Shown here: one piece after another, positions 15,426 through 30,542 of the stretch | Position numbering within the stretch: the stretch's first letter is position 1 | How the letters are laid out: every line of letters begins with the position of its first letter | NCBI RefSeq assembly: GCF_009914755.1 | Contig: NC_060927.1 | Length of the DNA: 64,000 nucleotides | From: the human T2T-CHM13v2.0 reference genome, Homo sapiens | Strand: one strand, 5' to 3' | Program-made: the position numbers and the translations under genes | Notes under the pieces: model-generated | The model's database searches: none | What the model was told of the DNA's origin: nothing | Seen by the model: only the letters and a program-made list of their open reading frames with translations

Positions 15426-15696
15426 TGAAGTAAATTAAATGGTTAAAAGCATATAACCTACCTGGGACATCTTGTAGGGCAGTAAGATGGAAGTTAAAGG
15501 ACAACAGGATTGAAACTTAAAGTGTTCAAAGATGAAATCATAAGCAGTATGGAACCTCGGAGGTAAGTTGGGGTATAAAAGAAACAAAACTGGCCATGAG
15601 CTGATTATTTTTAAAACAGAATATGGGTATATGAGAATTGATCACATATTCTCTCTAGTTCTGTATATATTTGACATTTTACACAATAAAAATTTA

Positions 15697-16067
<371 letters not shown>

Positions 16068-16136
16068 TCAAAAAGGTTAAGAACAGAAACAAATTAAAAC
16101 ATGCAAAATTTTTTTTAGAACAACAGGGAGAGGTTC

Positions 16137-16147
16137 CAAGATGGCCG
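16137..16147 (+). promoter_or_regulatory. YY1 site of the L1 internal sense promoter
   Basis: caagatggccg at L1 position ~+12 to +22, the canonical L1PA YY1 element. Confidence 0.8.
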
Positions 16148-16380
16148 AATAGGAACAACTCCTGTCTACAGCTCCCAGCTTGAGTGACGCAGAAGACAGG
16201 TGATTTCTGCATTTCCAACTGAGGTACCGGGTTCATCTCACTGGGGCTTGTTGGACAGTGGGTGCACCCCATGGAGTGTGAGCCAAAGCAGGGCAGGCAT
16301 TGCCTCACCCAGGCAGTGCAAGGGGTCAGGGAATTCCGTTTCCTAGCCAAGGGAAGCTGTGACAAATGGTACCTGGAAAA

Positions 16381-16584
16381 TCATAACAACCCCACCCTAA
16401 TACAGCACTTTTCCAACTGTCTTAGCAAATGGCACACCAGGAGATTATATCCCGCGCCTAGCTCGGAGGGTCCCACGCCTAGCTCGGAGGGTCCCACGCC
16501 CACGGAGCCTTGCTGTCTGTTAGCACAGCAGTCTGAGATCGAACTGCAAAGCAGCAGTGAGGCTGGGGGAGGGGCATCCATCAT
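16381..16584 (-). CDS. ORF0: L1 ORF0 homologue (antisense 5'UTR ORF), 67 aa, open from ATG to TGA; expression unknown
   Basis: MMDAPPPASLLLCSSISDCCANRQQGSVGVGPSEL-GVGPSEL-GAGYNLLV...IRVG aligns with the recalled L1HS ORF0 (MAGAPPPASLPPCSLISDCCASNQRDSVGVGPSEPG...IRVG). Confidence 0.7.
   Translation of the reverse strand: MMDAPPPASLLLCSSISDCCANRQQGSVGVGPSELGVGPSELGAGYNLLVCHLLRQLEKCCIRVGLL
16455..16496 (+). repeat. Perfect 21-bp tandem duplication within the L1 5'UTR
   Basis: cgcctagctcggagggtccca twice (16455-16475 and 16476-16496), followed by cgcc. Confidence 0.95.
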
Positions 16585-16906
16585 TGCTGAGGCTTGAGTA
16601 GGAAAACAAAGAGGCCCAGAAACTCAAACTGGGTGGAGCCCACCGCAGCTCAAGGAGGCCTGCCTGCCTGCCTCTGTAGTCTCCACCTCTGGGGGCAGGG
16701 CACAGCTGAACAAAAGGCAGCAGAAACTTCTGCAGACTTAAACGTCCCTGTCTGACAGCTTTGAAGAGAGCAGTGGTTCTCCCACCATGGAGTTTGACAT
16801 CTGAGAATGGACAGACTGCCTCCTCAAGTGGGTCCCTGAGACCCAAGTAGCCTAACTGGGAGATACCTCCCAGTAGGGGCCGACTGACACCTCACACAGC
16901 CAAGTA

Positions 16907-17034
16907 CCCCTCTGAGACAAAGCTTTCAGAGGAAGGATCAGGCAGCAACATTTGCCATTCTGCAATATTTGCTGTTCTGCAGCCTCCACAGGTGATACCC
17001 AGGCAAACAGGGTCTGGAGTGGACCTCCAGCAAA
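16907..17034 (+). promoter_or_regulatory. ~129-bp 5'UTR segment containing the ZNF93 KRAB-ZNF target, deleted in younger L1PA3/PA2/L1HS
   Basis: 128 bp lie between ...cacacagccaagta and ctccaaaagacctgcag, which are contiguous in L1HS; includes gcagcaacatttgcc...gcaatatttgctgttctgcagcc. Confidence 0.75.
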
Positions 17035-17163
17035 CTCCAAAAGACCTGCAGCTGAGGATCCTAACTGTTGGAAGGAAAACTAACAAACAGAAAGGACATC
17101 CACACCAAAACCCCATCTGGACGTCACCATCATCAAAGACCAAAGGTACATAAAACCACAAAG

Positions 17164-18185
17164 ATGGGGAGAAACCAGAGTAGAAAAGCTGAAAATTCTA
17201 AAAATCAGAGCGCCTCTTCTCCTCGAAAGGAACGCAGCTGCTCGCCAGCAAGGGAACAAAGCTGGATGGAGAATGAATTTGACGAGTTGAGAGAAGGCTT
17301 CAGACGATTGTTAGTAACAAACTTCTCCAAGCTAAAGGAGGATGTTCGAACCCATCACAAAGAAGCTAAAAACCTCGAAAAAAGATTACATGAATGGCTA
17401 ACTAGAATAACCAGTGTAGAGAAGTCCTTAAATGACCTGGTGGAGCTGAAAACCATGGCACAAGAACTACATGACACATGCACAAGTTTCGGTAGCCAAT
17501 TCGATCAAGTGGAAGAAAGGGTATCACTGATTGAAGACCAAATGAATGAAATGAAGTGAGAAGAGAAGTTTAGAGAAAAAAGAGTAAAAAGAGATGAACA
17601 AAGCCTCCAAGTAATACGGGACTATGTGAAAAGACCAAATCTACATCTGATTGGTGTACCTGAAAGTGACAGGGAGAATGGAACCAAGTTGGAAAACACT
17701 CTGCAGGATATTATCCAGGAGAACTTCCCCAATCTAGCAATGCAGGCCAACATTCAAATTCAGGAAATACAGAGACGCCACAAAGATACTCCTCGAGAAG
17801 AGCAAATCCAAGACACATAATTGTCAGATTCACCAAAGTTGAAATGAAGGAAAAAATATTAAGGGCAGCCAGAGAGAAAGGTCCGGTTACCCACAAAGGG
17901 AAGCACATCAGACTAACAGCAGATCTCTCAGCAGAAACTCTAGAAGCCAGAAGAGAGTGGAGGCCAATATCCAGCATTCTTAAAGAAAAGAATTTTCAAC
18001 CCAGAATTTCATAACTAGCCAAACTAACCTTCACAAGTGAAGGAGAAATAAAATCCTTTACAGACAAGCCAATACTGAGAGATTTAGCCACCACCAGGCC
18101 TGCCTGACAAGAGCTCCTGAAGGAAGCACTAAACATGGAAAGGAACAACTGGTACCAGCCACTGCAAAAACATGCCACACTATAA
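17164..18185 (+). pseudogene. ORF1: L1 ORF1p (RNA-binding chaperone), disrupted
   Basis: MGRNQSRKAENSKNQSASS...; premature TGA at 17557-17559; later frameshift; KRPNLHLIGVPE...LENTLQDIIQENFPNL segment. Confidence 0.95.
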
Positions 18186-18248
18186 AGACCATCAATACTA
18201 GGAAGAAACTGCATCAACTAAGAAGCCAAATAACCAGCTAACATCAAA

Positions 18249-22065
<3,817 letters not shown>

Positions 22066-22341
22066 ACAATGTGATCACTTGGACACAAGGCAGGGGACAT
22101 CACACACCAGGGCCTGTTGTGGGGTTGGGGGAGTGGGGAGGGATACCATTAGGAGATATACCTAATGCTAAATGATGAGTTAATGGGTGCAGCACATCAA
22201 CATGGTACATGTATACATATGTAACAAACCTGCACATTGGGCACATGTACCCTAGAACTTAAAGCATAATTAAAATATATGTATATATATTTTTAAAATC
22301 CATAACTTCATAATGACACATGCATGAAAACTCATTAGACG

Positions 22342-22419
22342 TTAATGAATGAATGCCTAATAACTTCTAGTTGGTAACCAATGTTACCAAATAGAAGTTA
22401 TTAGGCATTCATTCATTAA
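22342..22419. repeat. Near-perfect inverted repeat: 37-bp arms, 1 mismatch, 4-nt loop
   Basis: ttaatgaatgaatgcctaataacttctagttggtaac-caat-gttaccaaatagaagttattaggcattcattcattaa. Confidence 0.95.
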
Positions 22420-22847
22420 TTAAAAATTAAAATATGATAAACAATTAATTTCCTGCCTATGTGAACTGTATATCAGAGTAACCAAATGGTTGATAAGAAA
22501 AAGTTTTTTTATAGATCTCCATGAATAAATGCAGGAGAAATGACACAACTAGAAAACTGCTATTTTGCATCCCCTAATGATATAAGACCTATATCCAGAT
22601 ATAGGAAACTACTATGAGTGGACATAAAACCATCAGTGTAAGCATGATAGGGAACTTGGTAACAGAACAGTCTGACAATACCTGAATGAACTAACTCATG
22701 TTATCTTCACTAAAAGGACATATATCATTATTTCCTTCATGCTGTGATGAAATAGGACATACATAGCACCATCTATGAAGTATTCTTGCCTAAAAAATCT
22801 CTATAAAATCTAGCCAAGACTCCAGACTAAATACCAGGTTATAGTGG

Positions 22848-23380
22848 TGATTGGGTTCAGGACATGCTTTCCTAAAATATGACACCTTGGTATTTAAGAA
22901 AACAGCAGAAGCGGGAAGGTCACTCTCACCTTCTGCTGTTCTCTCCTGAAGCAGGTCATGAACCAATGGAAGGATTTTTTTGAGCGTCCCCTGGAGCAGG
23001 TCATAAGACCATTTTAGAGGTGCCCTCCTTATACATGGAGGAAAGGAACATCCTTACCTCTGAAGACACAGGGACACAGAGAAGAAGCTGAACAAACAGG
23101 CCTTGCTAAGTTCCCTCCCCCAGTTTATTACCATTAGATCACACTCCCAATCATATGTCCAATCATACTTCACCTCTTCCCACTCTTCATCAAACCTAGC
23201 ATAAAAAGTACACGGTTTAACCATTTCTTTGGGCCTTCATTTCCTTATGAAGGCTCCCATGTCACATGAAACTTATATTAAATAAATCGGTTTGCTTTTC
23301 TCTTGTTAATCTATCTTTTGTTATAGCGGCTTCCATCATAAAACTAGGATGGGAATAAAAGGTATTTCTTTTCCCATACA
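22848..23380 (+). mobile_element. ERV1 (MER4-group; MER92/MER93/MER31-like) solo LTR
   Basis: TG...CA termini; tgattgggttcaggacatgctttcctaaaatatgacaccttgg start; AATAAA near the 3' end. Confidence 0.75.
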
Positions 23381-24394
23381 GAGAAATAAATTAAACACTG
23401 CCACAAAAAAGCGAACAGCCATCTTCAAAATATAGAGCAAATGATCCAGTTTCTCTCACAAATCAAAGTTATTGAGAGGAAGGGGATAAGAGGACTAATT
23501 AAAAAAAAGGAGACAAGCAACATAACAATTCAATGCAATGTGTGAATCTCTTTTAGATTCTGACTTGAACAAAACCATCAACAAAAGAACAATTAGGGAA
23601 ATGCAAATATGGACTGGATATTAGAAAATATTAAGGAATTATTATTAATTTCATTAAATGTGATGATGGCATGGAATTTAAATAAAGGAGGTAAGGCCCT
23701 TATCAGTTAGAGATACCTACTGAAGAATTTTCAGGTGACAAGATATGATATCCAGCATATGCTTTAATGCGCTCAAGCAAAAGAAAAGAAAGAACGAAAA
23801 AATAAAATGGGGACAGAGGAAGTAAGATTGGCAAGATATTGATAATTATTAAAGCTGGATGATGCACGCATGGGTGTTCATTATGCTATTAGTTCTACAT
23901 TTGTGTATATTTGAAATTTTCCAAGATACAGTTTTTTAAGGCACAAGATAGGAGTCAGACATTGGTTGGACCAGCCCTTTCACTTCCAGCTGGGAGAAAC
24001 TGGGCAGATCACTACAGCCTGCACATTGCCCTCCTTTGTGTCATCAAGTGCACAGATATTTCTTCTAAGAATGCTCCAATACTATTCCTTGGATTTTCTT
24101 CCGAGCCATAGACACCTATTTTGTGAGTTTTGATGCTTCCCTTTCAATACTCATACACGTGCAGACAAACAACAGTTGTCCCAACTGCTACCTATCTGAA
24201 GTGATTATAAGTGACTATCAATTATGACATATATCCCAATTTCAAAGATTAAAATGTGAAAAAAATGTGCGTTAAAAAAATCTATGAAGAAAGAGACCTG
24301 GAGATGAAGTTATAATAAAAATGTCTATGACAATGAGATTTTCTGAATACCTACAAGGCATCTCCTGCTTTGGCTCCGTAAGTACCACTATCTC

Positions 24395-24693
24395 TGTTTG
24401 TTTGTTTGTTTGTTTGTTTGTTTGTTTGTTTTTGAGACAGGGTCTCAATCCCTCGTCCAGACTGGAGTGCAGTGGCAGGCACTCCCCAGGCTCAGATGAT
24501 CCTTCCACCTCAGCCTCCCAAATAGCTGGGACTACAGGCATGCGCCACCACACCTGGCTAATTTTTGTATTTTTGGTACAGACGAGGCTTCACCATGTTG
24601 CCCAGGCTGATCTCGAACTCTAGCCTCAAGCCATCTGCTCACCTCAGCCTCCCAAAGTTCTGGGATTACAGGCCTGAGACACCACCCCTGGCT
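24395..24693 (-). mobile_element. AluJ with (TTTG)n tail
   Basis: Reverse Alu with J-type features and a tetranucleotide tail. Confidence 0.92.
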
Positions 24694-25399
24694 TCTTGGG
24701 TTATTTTGACTGACATATCTCACTGGCTAAAATACTTCCATTTTTCTAGAAGCTACGGCAACTACCACTGGGTTGGCAAATGACAGGCCCTGGAAATGTT
24801 TCTGATAGATGTTTGTTGCATGAATAATAAATATGCAAATTTTAAGCCAAAAAAGAAATATAACACATGCAAAGAGATGTGGGGAGTCTCGTGCCCTTCT
24901 GTATAAAGTTCTGGAAGCTAATTTTGGAAACTCTATCAAGAAGTTGTGTGTGACTATTTTTCCAAAGTAGAGTCAAAATTCATGAGGCAGGGCAAAAGTT
25001 ACACTGCATCTAATGATGAGTAAGAATGCACATCTGTTCCCTGGAGCTGCTCTCTATACACATATTCTAGTAATTTCCACACACCATCAGAAGATAGAAG
25101 ATGGAGAAAACCAGTAAAGATATAATCTTTGAGAAAAGACTTTTGTTGGAGCCTAAACATAAACTTTTCCTTCAAGTCCATGTCCTGAGAGAGGTTTGTA
25201 AATGTGTGACCTAAATGAGGCTACCACTGAATTTTGTTTCCCAATATCCCTCAGAGAGGCTATAAGGCATATACAAATTCTACTTAAAAGCAAATCATGG
25301 TAAACATTTATTAAATTTTATTACGCACCAAGTACCACACTCGTGTTCTTCCCAGGACTGCCAAAGTTGGCTGAACCCTGATGCAGTAACTCTGCAGAT

Positions 25400-25605
25400 G
25401 TACCTATAACATCTCAACTAATCCTAGCAGCAACCCTGCAAAGAACAGTACCACCTTACTTATATTTTCAGGATAGAGAGTATGACCTTTAGAAAGACTT
25501 GCTAATTGGCCCAAGTTCGACAGCCGGTAAATAGCATATCCAGGACTCACACCCACGGCTATGAAAAATCGGTGCTTGCGGCTTGTGTTTTTCACCTAAA
25601 TACCC
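25400..25605 (-). mobile_element. MIR SINE
   Basis: aatcctagcagcaaccctgc...attttcaggataga...gcccaagttcgacagccggtaaat...ggactcacaccc. Confidence 0.65.
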
Positions 25606-26521
25606 AAGTGTTACATGAATGAACTGTGATGGAGGATCAGCATTGTTCCTGCCAACCACACCCACCTGCAGTCTAGCGCAGATCAATACTTTTACAAAGT
25701 GCAATGAAAATGAATCACTGGGGAATAAAGGCATTCAAAGTAAAAGTCAAAAGTTGTTATTGGAGTCAACAGACAAATTTACGCTGTTATTACCCACGAG
25801 TTTCTAAATCCTTACTCTCAATTTATATACTTATTTTGTTGCATACTGGCACCAGGACAAGGACCACCCTTTGAGTAGTGCTGCACTACACTTTATTGTT
25901 AGATCCATGCTTAGAATGAACACATTTATAATAAGGTTCCAAGATCCCTCCACCTATTGAGAGGCTGGTAATTCTTTTAGATGTTAATTAATCTATTTTT
26001 TTTTAAATGAAGATGACTTTTAGCATTTTCTTCTTTCCTATAAAGATTCATCAAGATATCAGACATAGGTTCCAAAGTCAACAAAAATAAAGAACTTGTG
26101 AAATTTTCTGCTGCTGTATGATACAACTGCTGTGGTATTTTGATAAATATTAACAGAAAATGTGAAACTTTGAAATATGTTTCCTTACCAAGGGAACAAT
26201 GAATAATAATGAAACCAGGGAATGAGGACTAGAAGCACCAGGTGCCCCCGCCTCCCATCCACTGCAGGGAAGGACTCTCTTCCAAATCCACCCTGAAAAG
26301 TGAGTGGCTGTTGGGAAACTAAAAAATGTACTTAAGAGATCTCAAATATATGGTGACACATGGAATTCTTCAACCTGCCATGCCTCTTGAGAAGTTCTCA
26401 GGTAAATAACAAGAATGATGCCCACAATACATTCACATACATAAAAAAAATGTCCTGGAAAGAAAAAGAGGATGGGAGAAGAAGTTAATGATTCTTGGGG
26501 CTTTTTAAAAAAATTGTGTTC

Positions 26522-26815
26522 GGCTGGGTGTGGTGGCTCACACCTGTAATCCCGACACTTTGGGAGGCCGAGGCAGGTGGATCACCTGAGGTCAGGAATT
26601 TGAGACCAGCCTGACCACCATGGAGAAACCCCATCTCTACCAAAAATACAAAATTAGCCGGGTGTGGTGGCGCATGGCTGTAATCCCAGCTACTCAAGAG
26701 GCTGAGGCAGGAGAATCACTTGAACCCAGGAGGCAGAGGTTGCAGTGAGCCTAGATCGTGCCGTTGCATTCCAGCAACCTGGGCAACAAGAGCAAAACTC
26801 CGTCTCAAGAAAAAA
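26522..26815 (+). mobile_element. AluSp-like
   Basis: ctgaccaccatggagaaacc and ggcaacaagagc diagnostics; TSD aaaaaaattgtgtt. Confidence 0.94.
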
Positions 26816-27779
26816 AAAAAAATTGTGTTTAAAGTTTCAAGTTAATTTTTTTTAAGTCACCATAGCTCATATGGCCTTGGTATGAGTTGATGGGTCAAAC
26901 CCATAGCTTCTCTGGCTACTCAGGAAATTAGTAAAGGAGGGCAAGGAAAGGCACAATATAGAAGAGAGAAATTACTAGACAAGAATCAGCAATCTGGAGC
27001 GAACCCAATCTAAAGGAAACAATTAGAAACTGGCACAGGTCCCAAATCAATAAGCAGAGGTGACTGTGGGCAGTGAGCATAATGGCTGGGTAATGAAAAC
27101 TAAAATGCAGGTAAGCAAGCGCTGGGAAAGGAGCAGCTGATGACAGGGTCATCTGTCCAGAGGCTTGAAGAGACCTGTCTGAACAGGCTCTCACAGCCCA
27201 GCTAGTCCCTGATGTCACAGCCTGTGTGAATAAACAGCACTGGTGTGGTATCCCCAGACTTCATAAGAAATGAAGTCTTCATGGCTCACCTTGTCAAGGC
27301 CAGAGAACAATCCCAACAGGAAAAACACTTCTTACAGATTATGCAGTGGATTCAAAGAGCACTGGAACTGTATTTCCCATTAGCTCTAATGGAGGTTGTG
27401 CTAATAAATTCCCCAGCTCTGGGCTGAACAGGTGTAATTCAGTAATGTAGCTATAATTGAGTGATGTCAACTCAATATAATTTGTAATGTTTTTGTAACA
27501 AATTATCTCTTTTTTTTTTCCAGAAAAAAAGGCATCTGTGATTCCATATGATAAATTACTTTAAAAGGGTGACATACAGTGCTAATGATAAAGATCTTTA
27601 ATTGATAGAAATGTTAATAGTAGCATCAGCTAAGAATTATCTTTGCTGATTGTTTATACACAGTAACATTTTAAACATAACAAGCTTTCGTTTTTGACCA
27701 ACCAATGTTTTTGATTTGTGACTCATGGTTTTCAGATATTTCTGTATTTCATCAATATAATTATTCTACTAGAGAGGTT

Positions 27780-28550
27780 CTGTATAAACCCTGCAATTTA
27801 GCCATTCCCTTCCCTGCACAGTTCCCAAGCCAGATCTAGACATTTCTACCTCTGTGCCTAAGAGAACGCTGGTCTCCTGGTCTGGATGGACAGCTGTCTC
27901 CTCCTCTTCCATGTACCTAAGAATGACCTGTTGGCCCAGTCAAAACCCTCCTCATATGAAGCTTTCCAGACCTATAGCCAGGATTACTCTTTCACACCCT
28001 ATACCCCTGGGACACTTTGGGGTCCCTCTATTACATTCTTACTTTTCAGACCCCCTTGTACATGCTATTCCTCTGCTGCTCTCCCTGGTTAGGGCCCACT
28101 CATCCTTGGGGTTTCAGTTCAACGTTATACCTCAAGGAGAACCTTCCCTGCTTTGGAACAGGGCACATTACACGTGCATTTTCATACCTCTGCATTCCTT
28201 TCCTTTGTTGCACTAACCACAGTTGTTAGTATCTTTTGTTTGTTTGTTTGTTTGTTTTTCAGAAAAAAAAGGCATCTGTGATGCGTCTCTTTTCCACTAG
28301 GGCTAGGCTTTAGACAAGGTCTGTGTTGAGTTTTCCTAAATCTAGTAGCAAGGACATGATGCTCCATATCTGAAGAAAGAATGCATGGATGAATGAATGA
28401 ACAAACACTATCTCTGTCTGTCTCTCCCTACCTCTATCTGTCCTCTCCACTAAACTTGAACTCAAAGGTAATACAGTGCTCATTGTAGCCACAATAATGC
28501 CTAATTAGGGTCTCGTCCATAATAGAGATGAGAAAAACTCAGTTGAAATA
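27780..28550 (+). mobile_element. L2 3' fragments
   Basis: catgctattcctctgc...tagcact-like...gtctcttttccactag...gaatgaatgaa L2 tail. Confidence 0.65.
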
Positions 28551-28974
28551 AATTTAATTTCTCCTACTGTAGTGTTAACATCAGGTTAGTCATAGAGAAT
28601 TCAGTTCCCAAAGCTTATAGTGTTTTTCACCATATGCTATCCACTGACCCTCATCAAGCTCCAACCACGTGCTAGCCCCTCTGCAAGATACTGTGGAAGA
28701 GAAGTGAATGATATTTAGAACCAAGTACTCTACAGTTTCTGGGTGATTCCCATGTATAACCACATTTCTGCATTCATGCCAGATACTGGGGGAATTCAAG
28801 GTTAATCAAACACAGATGGTGTCCTCAAGGAGCACAGGATCTGGGAGAAGAGATAAAAGTGAAGAAAAAATATCATGAGGTGGAATCCATGAGTGACATA
28901 AAAGGAGTCCCAATACAGATTCTAGGTGTTCTAATGAGGGACAGAGAGAATGTAGGCTTAAGTGGGGGTATTTT

Positions 28975-29250
28975 TTTTAAGTTTTATTTTTAATTTTTGT
29001 GGATACATAGTGTATATATGTATGGGTTGCATGAGATATTTTGATATAGGCATGCAATGTGTAATAATCACATCAGGGTAGGGTCTCCATCACCTCAAGC
29101 ATTTATCCTTTGTGTTACAAATAATTAAACTCTTTTAGTTATTATCCTAAAATGCACAGATAAATTGTTTTTCACTCTAGTCACCCTGTTGTGTTAGAAA
29201 ATACTAAGTCTTATTTATTCTTTCTTACTATTTTTTGTATCCATTAATCT
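28975..29250 (-). mobile_element. L1MA2/3-type 3' end
   Basis: tttttgtggatacatag...gatattttgatataggcatgcaatgtgtaataatcacatc...ccatcacctcaagcatttatcc. Confidence 0.85.
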
Positions 29251-29285
29251 TTCAGTGGGGACAGTTTTTAAAATGAGTCTTTACC

Positions 29286-29416
29286 TGTTGGGTGGGATGG
29301 CTCACGCCTGTAATCCCAGCTCTCAGGGAGGCAGAGGCGGGAGGATAGCTTGAGCCCAGGAGTTTCAGACCTGCCTGGGCAATATAGCAAGACACCATGC
29401 TCCACAAAAAGGGAAA
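29286..29416 (+). pseudogene. BC200 (BCYRN1) retropseudogene: Alu domain plus part of the A-rich domain
   Basis: BC200-specific bases: cccagctctcagggaggc, ggaggatagcttgagcccagg, gacctgcctgggcaatatagc, ctcca-aaaaagg; perfect TSD aaaatgagtctttacc at 29270-29285 and 29417-29432. Confidence 0.9.
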
Positions 29417-29484
29417 AAAATGAGTCTTTACCCAGGTGAAGATTGGGATTAGGGACCCAGCCAAAAGGAAGCGAGGTTGAAGAG

Positions 29485-29810
29485 CAAGAGTGTTTATTCC
29501 TTGGTTCAATAGATCTTTGTCACCTACTGTGTGAGGCATAAATAAACCTAAGTCCATTCTCAATGCAGCTTACATTCTAATTGTGGAGACAGGTGAAAGC
29601 AAACAAACAACAATGCCAGGTTATAATGAGTGCTCTGAAAAAACAGGGCAGAGTAAGAAGCGAAGCTGATGAGAGTGCTACCCCAGACAAGGTGGTCAGG
29701 GGAGGCCTTCCCATGTCAATGACACTGAACAATGACTTGAATGAAGCGAAAGAGTGAGCCATGTAACACGCCTTGGGAAGTGCATTCCCAACAGAGAACA
29801 GCAATCCTCT
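29485..29810 (-). mobile_element. L2 fragment
   Basis: cacctactgtgtgaggca...gcttacattctaattgtggagacag...gtggtcaggggaggcctt...gtgagccatg. Confidence 0.75.
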
Positions 29811-29839
29811 CCACAGAGGAAGGACAGATGACCCACACC

Positions 29840-30542
29840 TTTTTCAAACTGGGGTCTCTGAGCATGTTCTTAGGGATCTGAATGTTCTTGATGAGACTTT
29901 TTATTTTTGGTTTTATTTAGATAATACTCACTTAAAATAGTTCAAGTGTATTCTGCATCAGCTACATAGCACCTAAAATACGGGTACCAGCACAAAAGTT
30001 TTGTGACTCCTTTATGTTTGCATTTATAATTGTGGTGGTATCAGGTATTGCTGTTTTAGCTGTCACAAGCAAAAGATAAAAAAAACAAACTTACTACTTA
30101 AATAATGTGTTTGTGCCTCATGATCTCAGAGTAGGGGTGGAGTACATATGAATTGTCCCAGTAATAGCAGCTGGAAGTGTTAGGGAAATTGAGTCATCAC
30201 ACAGCCTAGGCTAACACAAACATGACAAGCTGTGTAGAACCTTTGACATAACAGACATCCCGTATTGATGTTTCCAGAGATGATTCTGTTTAAACAAATA
30301 ATATCATTCATCTTGTTAATGCAATATTCCTCATTTGAATTTAGTTTTGTCATTTTGATTGCATGTAATTTGTAAACGTGTTATGGTTTCATATTTGTCT
30401 AAGAACCACACAAAGAAATTCATACCTACTTTTGTATTTTCATGTGGTTCAATAATCCAATAACAAAAACATTAAGTTAACATTGGGGGTTCATAAGACT
30501 TTTTTTTCCCTTGGAATGGCATCCATATGTTACTCAAGGTTG
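29840..30542. mobile_element. hAT-Charlie-like DNA transposon fragment
   Basis: ttttcaaactggggtc start and ...ccatatgttactcaaggtt end resemble Charlie termini. Confidence 0.4.

Larger units (their letters stand above)
22295..23935 (+). mobile_element. L1MC/L1ME-type 3'UTR, host of the L1PA, the hairpin and an LTR; left part at ~16020-16120
   Basis: gaactgtatatcagagtaaccaaatggttgat; ctatgaagtattcttgcc; tatggactggatattaga; tgggtgttcattatgctatt. Confidence 0.7.

Noticed and set aside
16455-16500. Direct repeats as a possible CRISPR-like array
   Set aside because: Only two abutting copies, no spacers, eukaryotic L1 context
22120-22142. G-quadruplex motif in the L1 3'UTR, and a G-run cluster at 3958-3977
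   Set aside because: The first is a standard L1PA feature; the second lies in an L2 relic with no supporting context
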